A stretch of DNA of 64,000 nucleotides, taken from assembly GCA_017499595.2 (NCBI GenBank), contig CM038999.1:1116001-1180000 (forward strand), written 5' to 3'. The DNA is from Psilocybe cubensis (Eukaryota). Each line of letters opens with the position of its first letter. Positions within the stretch are counted from its first letter, which is position 1. The position numbers and the translations under genes were made by a program. Shown here one piece after another: positions 36,329 to 46,817 of this stretch. The notes under the pieces were generated by a model. The model ran no database searches, had not been told where the DNA came from, and worked only from the letters and a program-made list of their open reading frames with translations.

Positions 36329-38390
36329 ATGCCGTCCTTTACTACTGTACTGGAGGATACTTCCCCTCTTCTAATCTATTCGTCAAATTGGTCTTCTGGG
36401 AGGTCGGCGGATGTACTGGCTGAGCTGTATGTTTTTTGAACTCCATTTGCATACCGTGTGGTGTCACTAATCGAGAATTGCACAATCCTATAGATACTCA
36501 CAAAGTAGCTTCACACTCACCAGCACAAAAGGTGCAACAATGGCGTTCTCGTTTTACGGTTCATCTGTTACTGTGATTGGCGCCAAACGAGGCAATCATG
36601 GTGACTATCAAGTTACCATGGATGGTTCGAACTCTCCGCAGTTCAGCGGGAAGGATAGCAATAACCAATTCAACGCAACCTTGTTCAGCTCCAGCAACGA
36701 AAAATTAGGGCACCACAATCTTACCATCACAAACTTGGAGGACTCGTTTTTTGATGTAGATTATGTCAGTTGTTTTTCTGTTGAACAATTGTGTCCTTTC
36801 TGATGAACATGACTTTTTTAGGTCTTTTTTGACACTAGTGTTGGCACCGACAATGAAGAGCTGATCGTCAATACATATCAAGACAACCACCCTTCATTTA
36901 CCTATTCTCCTTCTTCTGCGTGGCATTTGCCCAGTAATGTGGGATTTTTTGTGGGTGGTACGGGCCAGTGCGTAGAGGAAATCATCAATCATAAAAATAT
37001 TTGTTAAATGCAATGTAGGGCTACCTCGCAAACTTCGGCAACTGCTACTTTCAAATTTGAGGTGAGAAATCTTATTATGGACCATAATATCATCAAATTG
37101 ATTGCATCCCGACAATTTAAGGGCAAGTTGCATTTTGGACAGAAAGCTGATGAGGCGAAAGTTGATCATTTACTTTACTTATTATTCCAGGGGATGCCGT
37201 GGCGCTATACGGACCTGTCGGACCAAACTCGACCAATCTTTACTCGGTCACTGTCGACAACCAAACGTCGTCGATCTTTAGTCCCAACAAATTGTTTTAC
37301 CGTCCACAGCAAGTTCTTTATTTTGCAGCAGGTTTGGGCGGCGGGCAACACGTTCTGGAAATTCAGGCAATCGGACAGACTGGAGAGTTCGCAATCGATT
37401 ATGCTACGGTCTATTCAGCGCCATCGCTGGGAGGGAGGTAGGCACCTCTTTTAATTGGGCTTTCGGAGATGTTGATGATTGCAACTTTTTCCCGATATTC
37501 AGTTTCCTCGAAAGGACCGCCAACTCAGGCCAGACTTCAACGTAAGTGGCCATCGCTATAAACCAAGTTTCACTCTTTGCAATAGCGTCCTAAAATACTC
37601 ATGTTTCTTTGGAAATGCATAGGAACCGGGTTCCACCAGGCGCGATCGCAGGTCTTATTTTCACCACCCTGATCGCCGTGTTTGCATGCATGCTTTCCGG
37701 CTTCCTCTTGTGGCGCCAGCGCCATACCCTGAGTCGTAAATATAAGAACAGCAAGGAGCCTAAACAGCCATTTGACATCCAAGCCAAGCCGTACGACCAG
37801 CCGTACACGATTCCGTACCCGTCTCATCTGCCGAATCCACACAGCCTTTCACGCAGGAGTAGCATGGTCTCACAGGCGTCGCAGGTGCTGACCCAGCTGA
37901 CGATTCCCGCCACCATGTCGAATGTGGGCACTCTCAGCATGGCTGGTATGACTTATTCCGACTTTTACACCAGTGGCCGTAGGACTACCCTTCCGGAGGA
38001 ACCGCTGTCAAGCACATTGAATGTGCGTCCTTCAAAATATTCTTTATATCTGGATTATCCTTAATTCTGTTACAAATATCTATCTAGACATTCTCAGGAT
38101 CAGTTTCAAGCGGCATGAATGCTCGCTCTCTTCCATATCCTCCCGAGAAGAATGCCATCGCCATGCGCAATCCCACCAGCGCGCACCAACAGGTCTTCGA
38201 CGAGCCCAATGCACAAGGAAACTACATGGGAATCCGTCTTCCAGGTGACGACCCCACGTCTCCTCCTCCAATGACAGCACCGCCGGAATACTCTCAGCGC
38301 ATGACAATGAATGCTAGCGTGGCTCAAATTGGTCAACAGATGCTTCTTGGTGAGCCTGGCGGTCAACGACTGCATGTGTCCAATATTTGA
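36329..38390 (+). CDS. Uncharacterised single-pass membrane protein with two tandem beta-sandwich (carbohydrate-binding-module-like) domains, paralogue A
   Basis: Two repeats of the form EDTSP..Y...W / FSFYGSSVTVIG..RGNHG / H.L.I / FDVDY, and QDNHPSF.Y...W / FKFEGDAVALYG / H.LEI / FAIDY. TM GAIAGLIFTTLIAVFACMLSGFLLW; tail contains PPEY. Requires a 1-nt exon at 37122. Confidence 0.75.
37122..37122 (+). other. Inferred single-nucleotide exon (G)
   Basis: Flanked by intron 37062-37121 (GTGAGA...TTTAAG) and intron 37123-37190 (GCAAGT...TTCCAG). Restores the reading F-E-G-D-A-V-A-L-Y-G. Confidence 0.75.
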
Positions 38391-39071
38391 GTAGGAAACC
38401 CCGAAAATACCAATCCTAGCGGTCTTGTCTGAAGATGTATGATTGAAGCTCGGTATATTTGTACTTAGCAACTTTGTAATTGTCGAAGTAGGATTGTAAG
38501 GTGTTTGGGTTTGCACACGAGCAGCACAATCATGTACCATGTTCAGGCTTTTAAATTGTATACACAGTACCGCCCTATCTTTGCTAAAGGACATCTTGTA
38601 GCCCTAAACACACTTAATGTATGTATTTCCACAGCAGATGTTTGTATGAAAACCATGTCAATATCCGATATCGAACGGGGCCAAGAACTCGTTTAATGTT
38701 GGAAAAGAAGATAATTTAATTACATTTGAAGCGAATATACAATGGTCTGCCTCTCCCCTTTCCCCTTCAAAACTAGCTAGGATGTACACGTACACAGAAA
38801 AAAAACACGCCGCGTCTAAAAAACCCCCCTTTCCTTTTCCTGCCCTCTCCTTTCTTCCTCCTCCATTGTTTTGTCCTTCATCAACCACAACCAAAAACGG
38901 TTAGAAAATGTAAATAAATGGAGAGATATATGATAATAAAAGATCTGCAGAAATATGGGGCATCATTCTAAGGAAATGCAATGAGATTATCGGGTCCCTT
39001 GATTGAGTCTGTTGACTCTTCCGTCCAAGTCCTTTCGCCGAAAAACATGCTTGGGGGGTATTCCTGTTCGT

Positions 39072-41074
39072 CTATGGTGGAATCAAGAACTCCTTTACCT
39101 ATTCAAGCAATCATCAGTCAGATAAACGCATGTACCAAGAATTAAGTAGTAAAAACGTACTAGTTCATATGTGAAAAAAGAGGTCGCGATGCTAGGTGCG
39201 ACTTTGACTGATTACGGAAGAAGCAAATTAGCCCGCGCACTTTGTACTTTAATTACCGGGAAAATGTGGTATAACTTACGTAGATTTGGCCATAGGCCCC
39301 GGTAAAGTCCCGCAATGCCTTCAGACCGTACGATGCTTGTCAAGGCGTGGATAGCACCATTGTATTTGATCGCGCCGCCCTGTATACCGGTCACCTGCAT
39401 CTTACGACGCAGCACATCGAAAGGATATGTTAATGTTTGTGAAATCGAGCCTAAGAAAAAGAAGGAGATTAAGTCTAAATCTAGCCATAACAGTAGATCA
39501 GAAATGCTTACCAGCCAGTGCACCGCAACTCAGCTTCCGCCAGACACTGCTCTTTCCTGGAGGAGTGACAATCCCTCTCAAGAATTCATACGCAGCAAAG
39601 TTAATGCCGACGTAGGGCGCCACGCCTACAGCGGTCGTCACCAACCCACGGTACAAGGCGCGCACGCCACCTTCCTCACGCATGATCTTTAACGTCATGC
39701 CCCATATCGTCAAATCGGCCTTGGTATAGGTAGAAGTGGCCGCATTCTTCAAGCCGGAGGCAACGGCTGACGAAGTGTGGTAAGCAGACACGAGCTTGAC
39801 TTGTTGCCCTGCGACCGCGTTTGCAGGTGCGGTCTTCGTCGCAAGGGGTGCTGCGGCGAGGGATATAGAAGCAGTCGCAATCGATAGTCGGGAGCGCACG
39901 AGGTCCAGGGGGTATGTCGAACCTGAGAGTAGCAATCACAACATGGTCAGCACAAATTGCGTAATATACGTCATGCTCGAATTGGATAGCAGATGATCCA
40001 ACAAACAAGGAGACCCACAAAAGAGAGGAGATGGAACGTACAGACAGAGGTGATACCAGCGAGCGCACCACTAGCCAGTCGTTTCGGGGTATCGAGTTCT
40101 TTCGAACCATGTTTAGTAAACCACTGGGAAAACATCGCAAGAAGTATGACGTCAGTATCGGCAAAACCGAGCGGAAATGAACGATGCAATAATGGGAATG
40201 GCGGCCAAAAAAACCTTTCAAGACGATCGTAGGTAGTTATGAACCCTTGGCCACGACGTAAGAGGACTTGGAAGATATGGTACATCATGGGATCGTCGAA
40301 CCGGACCGAAGGCTAAGATATGGTGTGTGGTTGAATATACACCGATGCCCGCCTCAGCCCACCAATGAGCCCATCAGAAAGCCGCTTCCCGCGAGCTTGT
40401 GAGCAATCCGCGCCCATCGCCTCGACGAGGGAAGATCACATAATGAAAGTGGCATGCGAGCAATGACAGTGTATATGAAATTGAGGACTGGCTCACCTTC
40501 TTCAGCTGCTCGTAGGTAGTGAATTGGACGGCACTAGGAATTAAATTAGTATGAGTGACTGGTTTAATGCGCACAACGTGCACTACAGCCGGGTCAACGC
40601 CACAAAGATGGAGTACTCACCTGTATGGAACTATGCGCAGACAGTTAATCCCATTCCCTCTCATGAAGCCCTGGAAGCCTTCTTCCTTCCACATCCTAAG
40701 TAAACTTCGCCATACTCCCCTGTATTGTGCATCACTGCCCCGCGGCTGTACCTGTCTACCATCATGCAAGCGACATGAACTCGTGGTCAAAGATAAACAA
40801 GAACATAACTCACTGAATGATCTTCAGCCGTTCCAAAGGGCTGACGACGGTCCTCGAAGCTGCTCCCGCACATCCTCCAGCTGATGTACAATAAATCAAT
40901 AAACATAACAAGTTAGCATAGGAAGACAGCGTGAAACTTACCCACGAAATACGAAGCAACTTCTGGACTGAGCATCATGAAAGTCGACTTCTTGATAGGT
41001 TTCACCACTTCCGCAATATTCTCCGTCGACGATGACGCAGTCGTAGACGAACTGGTAGCCGCTGCACTAGTCAT
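39072..41074 (-). CDS. Mitochondrial carrier family (SLC25) protein, Ypr011c/Leu5/Graves-disease-carrier-like subgroup
   Basis: Three PxD/ExxK/R signatures: SPLERLKI, YPLDLVRSRL and YPFDVLRRKMQ. Also EEGFQGFMRGNGINCLRIVPYSAVQF, GVAPYVGINFAAYE and KVAPSIATSF. Confidence 0.93.
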
Positions 41075-43107
41075 GATGAGATAGTGGGCTGTGAAACAAG
41101 CATGAAGCGGCTGCTAGATAAAGGATTCGTGGCCTTGCGTTAAGCGGGAATATGAGAGGGGGCAGAGGGTTCGAAGAGGGGACAGGGCGGGGTCGCACTG
41201 GGCGATGGAGGAGAACGAGGAAAGGGAGGCGAACTGTAAAGTTTTAGTTCCGATTTGGGCACTGGGCAGAGCACCGAAATGACATTGATGCATCACGTGA
41301 TCACTCCATTCATCGTTTCAAACTCTCAGCGGCGGACGTTTTCCTCGCTCAATGTGCTCCTCGATACCGTCGAAACCCGGTGGGCGGTGGGCATTGGGTA
41401 GGGGGTTAATTTCTGGCTCTTCAGCATCATACTTCGATAAAGGACCTACGACGCACCGACACGTTACCGGATTCGCCCTTCTCTGGTTCCAATGGTAATC
41501 GTTGGCAAAATTGCAAGCGTCCCAAGCGGAGCGATTTTCCTGGGCCCGACGGAAGCCCTTCCTATCTGTCGGATGAATGCGGTAAAGTGCTTATCATGAG
41601 CTTGAATATTTGCAAAGGTTCGCCGGTGCCATGGCCATGGCTTTCACTAGCAGTCGCTTTCTCGGTATGATTCCACTCATGCTGGACGAGCGACGCAGGC
41701 AATGGCCATACTGGTCTGTCCACAGCGATTTGCTCATCTCAACCTACCTCGAGTAATTTTACCTACATCACTTTTATCGCCCAACACGTGCTTTTCGAAA
41801 ATCTCAAAATTCATCCTCGCCTTATGGTCTTTGTCTCTTAAAACGTCCAACAGGAACGATAATTATGGAATGTACGTCCTAGACTGGCTGATGTCTAGTA
41901 ACTGCCATTATACTCTGAAGCTTCCTGAAAACATTTCAAAAGATCGCGGATCTCAAATCCATCACCGACAGCACAATACTATAAAGGTTCTCTTAACATG
42001 TTTGTTCATGCCATGGGTGTTGTGAAAATATACCAGCATGATAGCTACTTGGAGCTCAATTGAATGGCTACTTCCTTTTCAAATTACTCCCGGTATATCT
42101 ACCCTGGTCATGAAGTTTCTCGATACCTTTTCCTGAAATCGCAAAACAAGTGATTCGCTGATTGACGGAAATGGCTTTTCATTCGCAGACCCTATAACGC
42201 AGACGAGGTAAGCAGTACGCTTCATCCGGCATATACTTAGTACCTTTTCTTCTCATATGGGCGCTGGTTTTTCTTGTATATCTACAATTGTAATCGCGGT
42301 TCTGCCAGCACCCGCTTGCTGGCAAATCTCATCTGCCCTCTATGTTTATGGTACGACACTATCGTGGCCAGCAAGATTGTTTTCAGCTGTCATGGTGAAC
42401 TCAATCTTCAAAATGAACTGATCGAACATCTCTAAAAATCCCTAATACAGATTCTGCCTTGATAGCACAGCCGTACTTCCAACAGATGTACAACTAAAGA
42501 TAATCATTGGGCAGATTTAGGAGCGAGTTTGGAACCCGTCACTGCCGACAGTGACAATTACGTGGCCATCCTCTCTGCTTGAGCCAAAGCACTTGTTCTA
42601 ATTTGATCAAACGTAGCACGGGTTTAGTATAACGGGAACCTCAAAGTGATACTGGCAATAATACAGGCATGAAGAACTTAAGGCGGAGAATTCCGTAATA
42701 AAATATCTATTTTTAGAATAGTGCCACCGTTTAAGCGCTGGTCGTACTTGTTGATAACTGCAATGGTAAACCATTAGAACCAGTTGGCTTCATGATGCGA
42801 AGTCGAAACAGGATCATTTTTATACAGAGGGTATAATATTACATAGTCTTGAAAATGCATATACAAATTTTTCTAGCTGGTAGCATGATAATGAGGCTGT
42901 ACCAGCTCCACAGTCCCACATTCGCCATTAATAAAAATTCCCCAAAGCTCTACTTCAAACACCTAGTGACTATCTAAATTGCGCCAATGCATTGCTAAGG
43001 TGTATCAAATTGGAGTATATAGTATGGCTGTGGCCAATAAAATGAACATGTGCAATGTAGCGATCAAAGTATAACCAAACCGGTATGCGTCTGAAAAGTA
43101 GATGAAA

Positions 43108-44854
43108 TTACTGATACTGTGGTGGTTGTGTGGTCGTGCTGTATGTGCTCGTCCTCGCACGGTTTGTTGTACCTGAGTAATTCGTCGCTGGTGATGCGGA
43201 GCTGGAGCCGACGGACACAACGGATCCGACTCCATAGTTCCGCTCAGATAGATAAGAATAAGGAGCCTTCGTGTAAGGTCTAGCCGTCAATGGTGAAGCA
43301 GACTCGAGCGTGGAAACGTTAGTTGGGGAAAATTCAACAGGTCTGGTTGATGGAATTTGAAGTGGCGGAGCAGGGACTGGGTTCTGGGATCTGATATGGG
43401 AGTTGATTGTGCGACGATAGTGCCAGACCATGAATACGGAAAATAAGATTGATATCACGCCAAAGATTGAGGTTGTTGCCAGGCCTGCAATCACACCCGG
43501 GCTTAATCCTCTAAAAAAATACTTTCAGAAGATATTTAATGGTAAAGAGTCAACGAAAAACCCGTACTGTGTATGTGAAGAACATGTTTCTGTGGCCTGT
43601 GCTGACGGAGTAGTTGATACTTCTGGGGTATTTGGATTGAAAGACACGCCAGAAGACCCTAGAAAACTGTATTATACCAGAAAATCAGTTAACAATGCCA
43701 AAGTCTTCAAAAAGGCTTTGTGATCCTCACGTTCCTCCAAGTGAAGGTGTCGTATAAACGTTGGCATAATCTATTGCGAATTCTCCTGATGATGTCGCAG
43801 AATTTAGATTTAAAGTTAATGTATGCTCTCCTTTCCCCAAATTTGCAGCAAAGAATAAGATCTGTTGCGAGCGGTAGAACTGCTTATTGGCATTCAGGGA
43901 TAAAGGTACTCCGCTGTCAATTTTGACGCTAAAACCTGAGGAGGCGGGGCCGACCGGTCCATATAATGCAATGGCGTCTCCTATCATTTCAAAGTATCAA
44001 TACCGGTCGTCTGGGGATGTGTTCTAATCACTGGCGCGTACCCTTTTTTTTTTAAAAAAAAAAAGACAATGAAAATTAAGTAAACAGAATCTAGGTTGAA
44101 TCGATTTAAGGAACTTGCTGACCTGAAATGAGAAATTGAGTACAGCCGTTGAATCAGATGTTCCGCTAAATTGATTTGTTAAATAAAATTTAGAGCGGTG
44201 GGATCATATAGATCACTTACTGGCCTGAACCACCAGAGAATGTTCCCACATTACTGGGGGTACCCCAGGAAGACGAAGGCGCATAATTAAATGCTGGATG
44301 TGTGTCCTGAAAAGTATTAACGATAAGATTTTCCCCGTCCTCTCCTATGGATGATTGGAACACCACCTAAACCAATGTGTTTCGTCATTTATGAAAAGTA
44401 AAAGAAGATAATAGCTTAACTCACGTAGTCGACGTCGATGAATGTATTGTCATCGTTCAAAAAAGCAAGAGCGTGGTTGCCCAAAGGTGACTCCGAGCTG
44501 AACAGAGTTTGATTAAATTGGTCAGGATTTGATACCCCGCTGAACGTTTCGGATGCGATTCCGTCGATGGTTGCATGGTAAGGACCGTGATTTCCACGTT
44601 TTGCACCTATCACAGCGAGGGAAGTACCATAGAACGAGAAAGACATTGTTGCGCCTTTTGTTTGGCTAACGAAAAAACTGGCCTCAGAGTACCTGTGGAA
44701 ATCACATCGTTGTTTGTATTGAATTTGAATATCGTTTGTGACAGGCGTACTGATCCATTGAAGTGTCTGAGGAAAGCCCTGCCCTCCATGTACCTTCAGG
44801 CGAGTAGTTGAGCATCGGAGAAGTGTCCTGAAGCACTGTGGTAAACGAAGGCAT
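43108..44854 (-). CDS. Uncharacterised single-pass membrane protein with two tandem beta-sandwich domains, paralogue B
   Basis: MPSFTTVLQDTSP..., FSFYGTSLAVIGAKRGNHG and FSFQGDAIALYGPVGP...FAIDYANVY are collinear with paralogue A, with matching intron positions. TM VIAGLATTSIFGVISILFSVFMVW; ends PPQYQ*. Requires a 1-nt exon at 44042. Confidence 0.75.
44042..44042 (-). other. Inferred single-nucleotide exon (G on the minus strand)
   Basis: Flanked by intron 44122-44043 (GTCAGC...AAAAG) and intron 44041-43981 (GTACGC...TGATAG). Restores the reading F-Q-G-D-A-I-A-L-Y-G. Confidence 0.78.
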
Positions 44855-46817
44855 CCCTCCTATACAAGAAACGAGGAATGTGGAGGAGGATTCACTCAAA
44901 ACCGATCAATGGTAGATGTACTTGAGGAAACAGACAGGGAGATCTCATGCCACATTAGAAAGACAAGCGAATCTGACAGATTTCGAGGAAAGTATCAGAA
45001 GGAAGAGTTAGTGTCAAACTTAACATCACCATCATTGCCAATTCGTTAAAATAACTGTGAGAATCATTTCTGAGAGCGGTGGGGGCTCATGCTGTGCCTT
45101 GTTGATTTACCATGATACCCCGACGAGGAGTTGATTTTGGAAATTTTGGAATGTACGTATATCGTTTTCTTACTTTTTTTATACAGACTTCAATCCTGAG
45201 AACGATTCTCTATGGGTATCGATCATTACATTACAGCCACCTTTGCGGTGTATGGCATGGAAGTAATTAAGGAGTTAGCCATCCTCCCATGCAGTCCAAC
45301 GAAGGCAAGGTGATGCCTTGTGGTTTATATTCAGAACTGGCTTACAGTAGGAGTTGCCGATTCATTCGCAAGAGTGGAGGCTAGTAAGATGTCCGAGGGT
45401 GCGCCCTTGCAGCTCCATTTCAACAATCGTTGCCAGTGTGATTTTAGTGTTCCGAGTTCCCACCTCCTATAATACTTGTCGTTGGTTGACGTGTTTATCA
45501 AGAACTGGTCGCTATGGACTACAGTTTTGTGCATAAAAACACGTTTACTACCCATGGGAGGTCACCGGCCACCGGCCACCACCAGCCATTTGAAGGTTTT
45601 TGACTTTCGCGATTCGATTGAATGTCCCGACCATGATACATTGAGAAGTATAACTGTGGTTGATACTAATCATTGGGAGCCTTTTCAATCAACTTCTAGT
45701 TGCCCGCCCAGTGCTGTTGGGAATCGTCCACCCTTAATTTTCGAATGTGATCGACCTTTTTGAACGGATCACTGTATTTCATGAATACGAATGGACCGCG
45801 AGAGAAGCCGCATAGTCGAGTTTATATTAGGGTTCGGTTGAACTAAAGACGCTGTCCAGCTGACCCCCACATGTTGGTGTTTCAATGTTCAGCATGCAGA
45901 TGTGAAGTGACTAGAATCGGGAGGATGTGGGTGGATGTGAGTACAACAGTTCTTGTTCTGATATGATACGCCATTGGAAGATGATGGTCACCCTACGCCC
46001 AAAAAACTTGATTGAAAATGGAACACTACAATACGCATTGACAGTGAATGGTTTGGTTTTCCTTTTCGTGGCGACAAGGCTTCCCGTCGGGATACTGGTA
46101 GCTAACTTGACCTCAAGTATTTGTGATCGAAGCAAGACATGGCCGAGTCCTTGAAAGATTTACCTCTGCTATCCAAACATTAATACCACATCCATGCATC
46201 TCAGCTCAAGATGTGCACAATCTATAAAAACAGTCAGTGTTCTGCCTTTGACTGCATTCGTTGAGAACCCTCAACATCGAACAGAATGATTGGAGACCGC
46301 TATTTTTGCCATCATGATGCCTGCAGCAAGGTCTTCATCGACGAATGATTTACAAAAACACGGTTTGACGTCGCATTTTCTTGAATCAAAATATGTCGTT
46401 GAATGACCTTACAAACGTATACGGTGGCAGTCAACGTCGATTTCGCGAGCGCAAGTAGTATACGCTCCTTTTGCTCCACCGCGGCGAGTCGACTTGATGG
46501 TCGGCAGCACTACAATGGTTGATGAGAACAATTGCACGGGCCGCTATTGTCAAAGCCAAGCCAAAAATGGTTCGTGCTGTTCAACCAACGTTCAGTTATG
46601 TCGATTTATTGTAAAGCAGGAGTAACGAGGAGAATTGACATTAGGAACGATGAATATAGGCCAAAGAGAAGCCTTCGCGAATTTGCGCACAGACCCTTCT
46701 TTGTTTGTGTGAACAAATTCAAAAAACGTGTACGGTTGGTCCAGAGCAAACCCTAAAACAAACCCAACCACATGCCAATCTCTTTCCGGACCCTCATTAT
46801 CAAAGCTTGCCTGCAGG

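Noticed and set aside
37062-37190. Stwintron (nested intron) or pseudogene explanation for the frame deficit
   Set aside because: Removing the first intron does not reconstitute a split GT donor, and a base must be retained in the mRNA. The identical arrangement in the paralogue argues against independent frameshift mutations.
40124-40496. TPP riboswitch or C/D snoRNA in the long carrier intron
   Set aside because: The CUGAGA and CUUGAU/UAAU..GCG core of a TPP aptamer is not present, and no complete RUGAUGA box C is paired with a box D. Kept only as an unexplained structured intron.
42303-42324. 8-bp-stem hairpin TGCCAGCA...TGCTGGCA
   Set aside because: An isolated short inverted repeat of the kind expected by chance; no terminal-repeat partner or element context.
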